Counted from the whole stretch's first letter, positions 37,772-50,166 are shown. The stretch: DNA of 62,581 nt, filler included, from Hausera hauseri (GCA_046269625.1; 11 parts of 11 records of this genome joined end to end with filler, not necessarily neighbours in it), one strand, 5' to 3'. Program-made: numbers and translations. The notes: generated by a model from the sequence alone, not told the origin.

Positions 37772-39905
37772 ATTGATAAGTAATTCGATCCATATGGACC
37801 CAAGCCAATTTAAAATCGACGCTAAGGGAGTCACGAGCCGACTTAGCATCGACAATAAAGAAAACACAAGTCGACTTAGTATCGACGAATTTTTACAGCG
37901 ATATGTAACAGTGCGGATCCCGAATTCAAAGGCCATCTATAGGCAAATCAATACGGAGTTACATGGAAAGAGCTTCGTTCAGTATGGTAAAGTTGGAGAG
38001 ATACCAAATGGGTTAAAAGGGACAACCGAGGAGGCCAGAGCAATATACTTGTACGCATGGAGGTAGGACAAAGATGCTAAGGCATATCCCTTCATACAGA
38101 TTACTCAGTATCAAACGCATAAAGAACAGTAGATATATGTACACCTGGTCGACGGGGAAATTTATTATCGATTGAAAGATCAAAAATGGGACACTTTCCA
38201 AGGAAGGCAAAGCCGGTTCAGAACATTCGTATTTGACAGTAGAAATTTCCATAACTACAAATTGGAATTTCGTGTGGCCGCTTTACCTATAAGATGATGA
38301 TCGAGACGACTGAAGAGGAGATAACAACCGTCTCATTGCCGCCCTAAGAGTTTAGACAAAGGCCCACGGAAGAAGAACAGGACGCACATCTACATTCGTT
38401 TAGATTGGTAGCCGATGAAAGGAATCTCAGGATTGTCGCAATAACCTATGGGGAAGGAGAAGAGGGAAGTTATATTCCGATCGAAATATCCATCCGAGAA
38501 GAAAATGGGACAGAGATCTATTCGAAAATCATTAACCCGAGAAACAAAGTGCTAGAAACTTATGCAGAAGTTACCGGAATTAAAAGAGAGCAATTAAACC
38601 ATGGAAAGGATTCCAAGTTAGTGCAACAAGAAGTAGCACAATGCCTCTATGGATACGTCTTAGTGGGGTATCAAGTAGAGAGGATGATGAAGAAATTAGC
38701 CATACCGGTAACGTATATAGCCGGAGTGAGAGAGATAGAAACCTACCCGAATATTATGGGGCAAATGGGAATTAAGGTTGAAAAAAGAAGAGGTCATCTA
38801 CCACTGATCATGGAAGGCCGTTTTAAGTTAATGGTAGAGGCCATGATTGGGGGAAATATAAAACTAAGCAGAGTGCTAACCGCACATCAAAAATTCCAAT
38901 ATCTAAGGGATATAAATGCTGGACTAAAGTGGGAACACGAATGGATTCCCAGCAATCCCGGGTAAAACCTACGAAATTTCCGGAGACCTGAAGAATTCAG
39001 CTCACGGTATCGCAAACATTTTCGCTCATACTCTCCACCCAGGAATGTCGAAATTAAACCAAAATGGAACTACCAAATAACTATACAAGGATTGAAAGCG
39101 GAGGAAACAGAAAATAAAGTACGTACAGATAAAAAACCCAGTACAAGTTATGGGGCCACAGCAGATAATAATCTATTTAAGATACCAGAAGTGCCCCGGA
39201 AATACATAGAAGAAAAACAGAAATTCAGAGACCGAAACCGGAAAAACAACGAAAAGAAAAATATTCTTTTTCGATTACTTATTCAAGAAGAAAAGTAAAG
39301 AAGGAGAAAAAGGACAAAAAGAAGAACCCAGATCCGACAGAAAGGATTTAAAGTCAAAACAACAAACAAAAGAACCCTTAAAACCAGACATTAAGTACCA
39401 CATTGAGAAGTTCACGAAAGAATCAAGCAAACGGAAGGAACAAATAACCGAAATAAACGTCTTACGAAAGAAGACATTCACGGAAGGTGTTTACTACGCC
39501 ACTACGGCAGACTACCCCAGAATGCTAATAGCCACAGAATATTACAGCAAACAGAAGATTAAAGAGGCAATGCTTTTTGTCAAGCTAATGCCTGCCAGAC
39601 AAGTTTACGAGAAAACTTATGTCTGGGAAAACCCTAAGATTGGAAAATACGTTGCCCCAATATTTCAATCCAAACGGAATGGTAAAATCTTAGTCCCTGC
39701 GGATAAATCAGTTAAGTTACTACTAAAGAAACAGTACCAAAAGTACCGGTGGACTGGTGAAGTTCCCGATTTAGATCGAGATGATATCAGCGACTGGACT
39801 CTAATAGCCGTTGGATGCGACCCTAAGAAAAGCTAGATAAATCCGAAGCAAAAAAGAATCTATGCCTACTTATATCAAGATGAGGAAGGGTTGACAGTAC
39901 AGATT
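37772..39905 (+). pseudogene. Family A ORF3 copy 2, with ISG20/REXO4-like DEDDh exonuclease-fold domain (~38420-38900)
   Basis: EISIREENGTEIYSKIINPRNKVLETYAEVTGIKREQLNHGKDSKLVQQEVAQCLYGYVLVGY follows the REXO4/ISG20 pattern. Catalytic acidic residues are not evident. Confidence 0.7.
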
Positions 39906-42900
39906 ATTGAGAAGTTCACGAAAGAATCAAGCAAACGGAAGGAACAAATAACCGAAATAAACGTCTTACGAAAGAAGACATTNNNNNNNNNNNNNNNNNN
40001 NNNNNNNNNNNNNNNNNNNNNNNNNNTTAATTAATTAANNNNNNNNNNNNNNNNNNNNNNNNNNNNNNNNNNNNNNNNNNNNAGCGGTGTATAAATCATA
40101 TGGTATATATGATTTGTTGTTATTTACAATTTTGCAAAATGAGTCCCTGTTTAATGCAATGAAGTGATTTTGCGCATCTCGAATTAGCTCATCTGTTGGT
40201 GTGTCGTCTAAATTAGTTAACTCATAAAGTGCCCGAATAGGTATCCCAAACAATGCCTTAGCTGGTGCAAAACCCGTAGTTGTAGAGGGTGTGTTACGCC
40301 AACCGAGTAGGACCAGTGGAAGAAGAGATGTCCAGTTTCTATGTGATTCAGCAAGGATGTTGGGCGAGGTCTTCATTGTGCGGTGAAATCGTTCAAGTAA
40401 ACCGTTCGCTTGAGGATGGTATGGAGAAGTGTGTAGTGTTTGATCCCTAAGCGATTGACTAAGGCTTTAAATAGATTTGACTCAAATTGTGGACCTTGGT
40501 CCGTGATAATGAAACGAGGTGAGGAAAATCGGCTGATCCAAGGTTTGATGAAAACATCAGCGATTGTGTCGGTGTTGGTGGAGCGTAATAGAATGGCCTC
40601 TGGCCGTCGAGAAGCACGGTCCATCATGACCAATATGAAGTGATGACCGTTATCTGGTCGAAGAGGACCGACGAGGTCAATATGCGCGGATTCGAAACGC
40701 GATGTGCAGGGGAAATCATAAAGGGGTGGCTTCAGATGTCTGTTAGTTTTGAACTTCTGGCATGCCACACACTTCCTAATCCACGTCTGTACGTCTGATC
40801 TCATTGACGGATATATAGCGTTGCGTTGTAAGAGCTGAAACGTTGCTTTAGCGCCCGGATGATGAAGGGAATGCACGCTATGAAATGCGGTTCTCTGAGA
40901 AGATGAAGATAGTATAGGTTTGTGATTGCAGGGTTTAGAAGTGTCATAGGCAACGCCACCAATGATTTGGTGTGATTTAAAGGATCTATGAATATCCTGC
41001 GTTGGCACGTTCTGCTGAAGCACAGCTTGTGAAAAATTCGGCATGACTCCTATGATGTTAACCTATCTTGATAAAAAATCGGCAACTAAATTGTTAGTGC
41101 CTGAAATGTGTACCATTTTGAAACTGAATGACGACAAGTACGATGTGTGACGTTCCTGTCCACGTCAAGGGGCTTTCATGTCCATAATGCTAGACAGTGG
41201 TTTGTGATTTGTTTGGATCGTAAAAGTCCTTTCAATTAACAAATGCGAGAAGTGTTTTAGAGCTAATACTATAGCTAAGAGCTCTCTGTCGAAAGTTGAA
41301 TAACGACTTTCTGGTGGTGTAAGTTTCCGAGAATAAAATTCCAGAGGCTCGTTGACGCCATTAGACATTTGATACAGTATTGCGCCGACTGCTGTGGTAG
41401 AGGCATCTGTGGTTAATATTAGCTCTGCGTCAGGCTTGGGGTACGCTAGAATTTCCACAGTTTTTAAACCGTCGCGTAACTGGTCAAACCGGTTTAATAG
41501 TTCGGGAATCCAGTGAATTAGTTGTTTATTCTTTCCAGATGATAAGAAGGCAAAAGGTGCGGTTACCTCAGAGCAATGTGGCACATATTTGTAAACAAAG
41601 TGGAGTGTGCTAAGAAAGGAGCGCATTTCAGTTGTTGTTCGTGGCAATTGGATATTCTTAAGCTGAGTTATGCAGTCTTGCTGAGGAGAGTGATTAAATT
41701 TGGTGATAACATGACCAAGGAAATGGATCTTGTGTTGGAAAAGGAACACTTGGCGAAATTTACTTCTAAATTATTTTGGTGGAGGCGCTGAAAAACTGTG
41801 CATAAGTGCTCAAAATGTCGCTTAGAAGATGACGAAGCTATGAGAATATCATCTATGTAAGGAAATGCAAAGTTTAGACCTGCGAGAATCGTGTCTATGT
41901 GCCTTTGAAATGTTTGAGATGCACTACGTGGACCAAGCGGCATGAAAACATACTCAAAAAGGCCGAAAGGTGTTGTCACAGGTGATTTTGGTATGTCAGC
42001 AGGTGAAACAGGAATCTGATGGTAGGCTTTATGAAGATCGATGGATGAAAATATGGTGTTGCTATTGAGTCTGTGTAGGATATCGCTGATGAGCGGTAGT
42101 GGATATGCGTCCATTATCGTAATGGTGTTCAGTTGGCAATAATCGCCACAGGGCCTGAAGGTACCTTCCTTCTTGGGTACTATGTGTAGAGGTGAGGCCC
42201 AAGGTAACTTTGATCTTCTTATAATTCCTGCCTTTTCTAATTCATTGAACTCCAATTCCATTGCTTTGCGTTTGCGTGGAGAAAGTGGCCTGACCTTCTG
42301 CTTAATTGGTCTTTGGTGTTCAGTGACGATGTGATGGTACATAGTAGAAGCAGGCTTGAAATTTGGGTCTTTCTTCAATGTTCTAGGACAAAAAATTGTG
42401 ATGTACTCACGAAGAGCTGTATCTAGTTGAATTAGTGGTGAGGTGAGGTGAGCGACTGTGTCGGTGTTGGCAGCTGTTTATGTTGTTTCTGTATAAATGG
42501 AGGCTTTACAACCGAAGTTATCAACAGTCAATTTATCCGATTTGATAAAAGATTTTTTTAATATAGATTTCGGCGCTGCAGCCAACTGCGCAACAAGTGG
42601 TGCAACATTTTGTGCTCTTGTAGGATTGATTGTACTTTTAATCACACGGTGCTCCTTGCAATCAACTAGTAAGTTGTAGTGCGATAAAAAATCAGACCTT
42701 GAAATTGGTGTTTTAATATCTGCAACAATGAACTTCCATTGAAAAACATCAAAAAAATGTGGCAGAGTGAAAGACAATTGTGCGGCATTAAAAATACGTA
42801 ATGCTTGGCCAATTGTGGTGAAAAGTTTAGTAGACGTAGGGAGCATTTTTAATGATGTGAAAGATGAATGTAGTAATGGAACAGCTTCACCGGAGTCGAT

Positions 42901-42998
42901 CATGAATTTGGTGTGTAAGGAAAAGATGTGAGTGCAACATTCAATAAGAAAATGCTATTGGTAGTAGTACGGCAGCCAGAACGAAGAAAATGGCCTTT

Positions 42999-43040
42999 GC
43001 CAGAATTTGCCGTGGTTTCTGGCGGCTTTAGGCGTTTTTT
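42999..43040 (-). promoter_or_regulatory. gag-pol -1 frameshift site (AAAAAAC + pseudoknot)
   Basis: AAAAAAC-GCCTAAA-GCCG-CCAGAA-ACCA-CGGC-AAA-TTCTGG; equivalent site at 53762-53803. Confidence 0.65.
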
Positions 43041-44077
43041 TTTAATAGATGAAGATGTTGGAGTTTTCTGAGTGTAAAATTTACATCCAGATAAGCAGCG
43101 TTCTGCATTGTCTTTAAACTTATTGTGATAAATGCAGACCGCATCGTCTGACTGGAAACGTTGCGTATAGAACTTGCAGCCTATACAGCATTTTTTGGCA
43201 TTTCGATTAAATTTGGTGTGATAATGGCGCACCATTTGACGCAAAGGTGACTGGGCGTGCCTAGAGTTTGCAGACAAATGTCTGCTTCCATTCGCTATAA
43301 AACGACTACTACGCGGTAGAGCCAAAGCGTCAATTTTGCTCAAGATGGCCGATGTTGCTTGATGGAGGGCCACATTTTTGGCTTGCAGATTTTGAATTTG
43401 ATAGATTATACTGTTCTCGTTGTTTGGTGATTTTGGCGATTGTAGATGTGCAACTATTGTTGGTGATTGCGTTATTTACAGACTTGAAATCGGTTTATGT
43501 GCGTTATTGTTATGAAAATTTTGTAACTTTTGTCCGCAAGTTGCGCTAGTTTGTCGAGCGGCGTAGTATCCTCTACAACACTAAGGAGTGCACGGATTTG
43601 GATTGGCAAAGATGATAAGAAATAACGTCGAAGAAGATCCGCGTTATTTTGTTGGTTTACCCCTAATGAGTTTAGTTGTGAAAGTGAGATGTGAAGAAAT
43701 TCTGAGGGTTTTTGCTGGCCAAGAGCGTTTTCGTTGAAGTATTTTTGTATTATTGAGTCTAATGAAGGTTCGGTTAATGTAGTTACGGAGTCAAGTACTG
43801 ATTTGTATGGATCAGCATGATTAAAAATGTCAGAAAGATTAGTTACGCCGGATTTGATATTGGGTGGCAGATGAAGAAGTAGACTGTTGGCCTTTTGAAA
43901 CGAATCAGTGATTTTATGTGAGGCTAGCCACTTAGCGTGAAAGTCTAACCATGTTCTGCAAAAGTTTTGACTATCGAGGAAAAAGTCTACACATTAAAAA
44001 TGTGAGAAAGAATATGGAATTGGAGAAACGAAAGTTATGTTTGGGTATTTTTTTATCTCCTCAGAGTTGAGGTTAGA

Positions 44078-44300
44078 ACCACCACGAAGTTTAGGAATTA
44101 GATGGAGCAACAGAGATGAAGAATGTAGTTAAAAAGAGCATAGCAGATCATCGGAGCGAATAATGAGTCCATTTAGAAATAGAGAGAAACCAGAAAAATG
44201 GGCGTCATTGCGGATTGAGGTGTATATATGTTGCCATAATGTTTTGTGATTTTCGATGTGTGTATGAATGTCTATTTGAAAAAAGGATGAAAATGGTAAA
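44078..44300 (-). pseudogene. Ubiquitin-like domain ending LRGG, fused N-terminally to Gag
   Basis: FTIFILFSNRHSYT/HIENHKTLWQHIYTSIRNDAHFSGFSLFLNGLIIRSDDLLCSF*LHSSSLLLHLIPKLRGG|S (one frameshift, one stop). Confidence 0.6.
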
Positions 44301-44630
44301 GGAATTGGTCAGTAGGCTTTGGGTACAGTGCGCCGTAACAAGCGCGGGCGCACCAAAACTTCCAGCGAGGCAAAACTCGGGCCCCACAACCTAAAACTTC
44401 CTATTATACTTAAATGAACTCTCGTATAAATGAACACTGTCTGGAAAACGACTCAAAAAATAACATGTGGTTGAATGAATGCTCGAAAATAACGTATTGA
44501 AAATATTCTGGGAGTTTTGACTTTGGAGACNNNNNNNNNNNNNNNNNNNNNNNNNNNNNNNNNNNNNNNNNNNNTTAATTAATTAANNNNNNNNNNNNNN
44601 NNNNNNNNNNNNNNNNNNNNNNNNNNNNNN

Positions 44631-45419
44631 TCGAAATATTCATTTTGTATCTATATAGTACCTTTTCATGAAATAATTTTTGTACCAGGGATTTTCATAT
44701 ATGAGGAATCGATTGCCGTTGTTAGATTTCTTCGAATAGTTCAATATTCGAGCCAAAAAATTATTCGAATATCCGATTTGAAATTTGATATCGTCAGAGT
44801 CGATGTCCAATCTGCCCCCTCCTAATTATATCGAATTTTGCTTCCTTGGGGCCTAAAAAGCCTTTGCGGGTTCTCCCTCAGTTCCAATTTGGATCGATAT
44901 TGTTCGAAATCGGCTCGATAAATTTAAATTATGACTGCACATTCATATACTGCACCATGTTTCCAATCGATCCCACCCGGTCACATGCCCTAATCATTGG
45001 AAATCCGATATTATTGATTTTTGCACACTTTCACACGTGTTTTTGCACTGCACAGTATATTTCAAGGTACATCTCGGTGTGCTCTATCTGCAGTTGACGC
45101 CGATCGATTCCATCAATCCTACGCTGCACAATGACCAAAATGTGAAAAGTGAAAAAGTGCCCTGGCAACCGTATCCAAGAGGACACCTGACTCTTGTATT
45201 GCACTGAACGATGGTACATCAAGTACTGCACCTGCCAGTATATGTGCCATATTGATATTATTGATTTTCAATTTGTACCGGAAAGGCCTATGCGGGTTCT
45301 TCCTCAGTTGGCGATTATTGGAAAACCAATCAATATATTTAAATTCTAACTGCACATACACACAGTCCATCATGTGTGCTACCGATTGCGCCCGGTGCTG
45401 TGCCCCAATAATCAATATT
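44631..45419 (-). repeat. Long direct repeat downstream of pPolB (partner at 49122-49929)
   Basis: tcgaaatattcattttgtatctatatagtac at 44631 and 49122; alignable to atcaatatt at 45411 and 49921. Internal period ~415-420 bp. Confidence 0.85.
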
Positions 45420-45543
45420 GTTGTGAAATAAATGTGTGTTATGAAATCAGTTGGCCTTATCCCCCATATGGCACATTACATGATCCAGAAGACAACAGGA
45501 TATTTCTATACATTTATGAAGCAAAATAGAATAACAACAATAT

Positions 45544-48530
45544 TTACAATGCCGCATGTCCATGACGTGGTGTGTGCATTCCATCTTCAATAATGTGCCT
45601 TTTGCCATCGAACCAATCGAGGCTTTCCTTCCGCAGCGCTGCCGTGGCAATGTGATGTTCCCAGGACTGGATCCTCTTCATCTCGCTGACGATGTGAGTT
45701 TGTTCCCGCAAAACTCATTCAAATTCTGCAAAGGAGATGTCTGTAGCTAATGCGGCCCTTTGAACTGCCTTAGCCCGCTTCTTTACTTGATCAGTTACAT
45801 CGATGGCGTACATTTTTGATCTCAGCGCAATAAAACGGGTGATGACCTTCACATTTAGCTTGTCTTTAAACTTTCCCAGAACCTTCTTGTTGGCAAATGA
45901 ATAATTTGCATGATGAATCGGATAATCTGACGTATGCCGTATGCTGCGCCCATTTTGCATACTTTCCAATGGCATCATGTGTGTGTGGATCTGGCATATA
46001 AAACTGCTTACATGCATGTACATCAGCTGCAGCTCTCATTGAATGTGGGCACCATCATGTTGCAATGAATGCCATACATCAAATTGTTGCATACATCCCA
46101 CATGGACATGCCCACATCAGTGGGCTTCTTGAACTGAAATGATGCCTTCTGCATATGCATGCTCATCACGTTCTCTGTGTGAATTGTGCTGCTGTGCAAC
46201 TTGCCATTAGCCATGACTTTCTTTCCCCTCTTACAGTCACATACCAGCTCGATGCTTATTCGGTTCCGCATGGTTTCCATAGTTGTGCTAAAGGCCGAGT
46301 TGTTATACAACTTCAGCTGGTCCCTTTTGAAACTCGTTCTTGGCATTGTCCATCAACTGGCTGTGTTTTCTTTGTATGGATTGAGCAATGCGGACTGGCT
46401 GAACTGCAGGGCCTGATGAATCCTGATCACTCGCAGTCAATTTTCCATGGCCTGTTGCAGATTTATGCAGTGGGTTACATACCTCTCCATGCTTTCCCAC
46501 GTGACAGAGCAGCTTCTTATGCTTACCATTTGGCGGATTCCTGTTCTGTGGGACAAAATGCAGCTGTTCATGCGTTGCATGGATGGCATGAGGGAAATTG
46601 ACGTACAGCTGCAGTATGCAGCCCGTATCTCCATTTGGTTCCATACCTGCAATATGCATGACTGGCGGCTGCTTCACCCATTGGGGAAGTTACGATAAGG
46701 CAGCAGTTTGCTCATTGCCCATCCATGCAGATTGTTGGCATGCAGCTATGATGCATGCATATGTATGAGTATTGTTTGCATGGATCATACTGGCCATGTG
46801 CTTGTTGTTGCCTTCACTGTTCCTGTGAATGGCCTGGCATATTCCCCCTCTGATGCCTCCCTCAATCATGAGCACCATTTTGTAATCCTTATGCCGGTAT
46901 AGCGCAGCACCACTGCCCAACTCATTGCTGCAGATGTACAGAAAGGGTGCATGTAACTTGTGGCTCTCGAAGGTCACATGGGGAAGGTTTGCAGGACATG
47001 AGTAAGCAGCAGCAGCACATGCGTGAGGAGGTGGATACAACTGCATTGCCGTATTGTGCTGCACTGGAATGTTTGCCATACACCCTGGGCGTGCTCATAG
47101 CCAGCATGGCCGATATGACTGGATGGCAACTCACTGCAGGAACCCTCCTTGCCCGGCAATGCATTTCCATCCGGTGGTTCCCATGGCATAATATGCAGTC
47201 ATAGGGAACCAATCATTTCCCCTTCACCAGTTCAAATGTATGGCGGGGGGAACAGCCTGTTCATGTGCTTGAGCTGATCAGCTGGAAGGTTGTTCACGAG
47301 GCTGTGCAGTGACGAGCTCACGAAGGAAAGTCTGATGCGGCCCACATGGTTTGTAAATGTGATGAACTTCTCCCCTCACTATTTGCAATGACATCAAATG
47401 TTCCCCTCATTTTTACCCAATTGCCGATCAATGCAGTGGCAAATCGGATCCAGTAAGATTGTGCAATACCATGGAAACCTATGTTTTGCATCGTAAGTTG
47501 CAATTGGTGCACGCTGCGCCTCCCCATATGGCAATGACCGGTGACTTTGCCATTGTCCGCAATGTGAATGGGTTCCTGCATAAGCAGCATGTTGATGGGG
47601 TTTGCGCAATTCTCCTTGCTGGCTCGACGCATGCTGCATTGCATCCTTATGCTGCTGCTGCTGCTGAACCAGATTTGCAAACTGATGCTGCCATGCCTTC
47701 AATCCGTTTTATCAAATGTGTGCTGCTGCATTTGCATCCGTGGTACACGGTAGGGTTCCTTGTGCAGTCATTTAGCACTCGTGCGGTGCTGCTTTGCTGT
47801 GCATTCGTGGCTGCAGCTGCCAACTGGGCTGGCCATGGCGGCCTCAATTTCACATTTCACGCATACCGCGCATGACAATTGCAACCTCCTCCATCTTATC
47901 CAATTCATTCAATTCCACCATGTCCTCATTGGCCAATTCTGCTCCAATGCAATAGTTTGATTTGCAGTACGTTTTCTGCTCTTCCACTTTTTCTGCGCCT
48001 GTCTCCCCCCCCCATTAAAATGGTGCAAGCATCTTTTGCATATTTCCTGCCTTGATTTATGATTGGATATTTGTGGGATGGTACGAGGCGCTCAAAATTG
48101 CTGATCCGGATGAAATGCCTCGTTTCTCCATCACCTAGCAGCAGCAGCAGCAGCAGATCCCTATGATGATCCAGTTCCTGCCTGCATACATGTAAGGGAT
48201 AAAATTGCTGCATTTAGAATAGAATACATAAAATGCACATGCTCACCTCTCATTATGCACATTGATGCATGCATTTTACTTACCTGGGCCCATTCAGGAA
48301 CCGGTACGCAGCAACTGCCTCTCATGGCAGATGAATTGTGCACATGCACCAGTAACCACTTCATTGTTGCTAAAGTCCAACCGCTCTTCTTGTCCTGCCT
48401 TCCTTCTGCCTCGCTGCTGAGCCTTGCACAGTCCTCTGTAATGACATTTTTAATGATAGCGCATTTCAATATTGGCCTGTTCTTTGCCATGCGGACTCTG
48501 CTAGCCAACTGCCCCTTTGACATTGCTGCA
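45544..48530 (-). pseudogene. Third pPolB copy, same family as 12851-15141, heavily mutated
   Basis: KSGWTL, NFERLV, GIRGGICQ, KLYNNSAF, ANKKVLGKFKD, LRSKMYA, KKRAKAV. Confidence 0.88.
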
Positions 48531-48559
48531 GATGGCTTCTAATTTGATGTCCAGTCAGT

Positions 48560-48805
48560 CCAATGATGGTTGTGCATTACACACACACACACACACACAC
48601 ACATGAACTGCATATGATATGGCACACTACCTCACATGCACCGCATTTATAATACCCAGCACCAGTATACACATGGTTCAACTATTTCTACATAACATTG
48701 TGCCAATTTCCCGGCTCGTATATTTGACCCATGCAATTGCTGTAAACATTGCACATCTAAAATCAACCAATCATTTTAAGGGGCACAATTACAAAACTCA
48801 CCCAT
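48560..48805 (-). pseudogene. Relic of the tandem Cys/His-domain gene, with 45-nt intron (48757-48801)
   Basis: aatcacttc..gaatg(g)|GTGAGT...TTTTAG|atgtgc and catgtgaggtagtgtgc match 56250-56445. Confidence 0.6.
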
Positions 48806-48999
48806 TCGTTGAAGTGATTTTGAAAATAATGAAATACATTTCCATATATCACTTTGTACCACTTCGCTTATTGATTACTTCTAATGCACCTTTTGTTTTA
48901 ATGTGCCAATGAAATTAAATACATGGTGGCGCCAACTTCAAATAGGTTTTCCTACATGACAAATCGAATACAGTGATCAGATTCTTCGCATAATGCACC

Positions 49000-50166
49000 A
49001 CTGACGTAATATTCGAGTTCGGATCGAAAATTAATCGATTTCGAATAATGCATTTGAATATCTAATACCAGATTTAGATTCGACATACACGACTGGACTT
49101 CAAATGCACATTTTGCTTAATTCGAAATATTCATTTTGTATCTATATAGTACATTATCATATGATAATTTTTATTCACGTGGGGGTTTTCAAATATGAGG
49201 AATCAATTCCCGCCGTTAGTTTTCAAATAGTTCGAAAGTCGATTTTCGAGTTCGAAAATATTCGAATTTCGAACTTTCGACTCGAGATTCAATTTCGCTA
49301 TAGTCGATTTCCTATCTGTCCCCGCTCAATGTTGGATCGAATTTTGCCTCCCTAGGCTTAAAAAACATGTTGAATATATAGGCAATTTGCACTTTCGATC
49401 GATATTAATCTATACCTAATCGATAAATTTACATACTAACTGCACATTCATATACTACACTGTGTTTGTGTTCGAATGCACCCGGTGCAGAGTGCTAATT
49501 ATCTATATTAGAAATATCGAAAATTCGATATTATTGATTTTTGCACACTTGCACACTGCACACCATATATCAAGGTGCATCTCGATGATCTCTATCCGCC
49601 TGAACTTGACCCCGATCAATTCAATCAATCCTACGCTGCACAACTGCAAAAGTGTGAAAAGTGAAAAAGCGCCCTGGCAACCTTATCCAATTGTACACTA
49701 CCCTCGAGTTTTGCACTGATCGAAAGTACATCAGGTGCTGCACCTGCCAGTATGTGGCATATTGAGATTATTGATTTAAAATTTACAGCTGAAAGGCCTG
49801 TGACGGTTCTGCCCCACTTGCGAATTATTCTAAAACCAATCAACCGATTTAAATTCTAACTGCACATTCACATAGCCCGTCGTGTGTGCTACCGATTTCA
49901 CCCAGTGCCGAGTGCTAATCATCAATATTAGATTTATCGAAAATCCGATATTATTGATTTTTTTTCACACTTGAACATGTTCTGCACACTTAAAAAGTGC
50001 ACCAATCGATTCGCACTGATGTGCACTATCGATTAGCATTTTATCCCAATCGATTCGATGAATACTGCACTGTGCAGCGATCGATTTGTCAAAACTGCAA
50101 AAGTGCGCATAACAAGGGTGCCTAGCACTCTTTGGATCAATAATGCTCCGGGTGCACTATCGATTG
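49000..50166 (-). repeat. CpG/ATCGAT-rich structured leader of the pPolB unit
   Basis: Homologous to 44631-45419 (direct) and to ~55120-55900 (reverse complement). Confidence 0.8.

Larger units (their letters stand above)
35811..39982 (+). mobile_element. Ty3/Gypsy family A copy 2 (integrase C-terminus, membrane ORF, ORF3)
   Basis: DWDEFLEGTQFAINTTPHPATGFTP...RYNLRQREIKTSSIIARPISY is closely similar to 8770-9310, with the same downstream order. Confidence 0.9.
40083..44360 (-). mobile_element. CsRn1-like Gypsy (family B): UBL-gag, protease, RT, RH, IN; decayed
   Basis: IDSG, PWASPLHIVPKKEGTFRPCGDY, YIDDILIAS, LTTDAS, RYSTFDRELLA, IDLVGPL; CHCC gag fingers. Confidence 0.93.

Noticed and set aside
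12435-44300. RING (family A) and UBL (family B) as one ubiquitination system
   Set aside because: They are different retrotransposon lineages on unlinked contigs; there is no evidence of a functional link.
44343-44357. tRNA-Trp primer binding site (also ~55070-55083)
   Set aside because: Only a partial TGGTG/GGTGA match and no adjacent LTR CA end; not supportable.
44631-50166. Polinton terminal inverted repeats
   Set aside because: The two repeats in this contig are direct. The inverted homolog at 55090+ is on another contig with arbitrary orientation.
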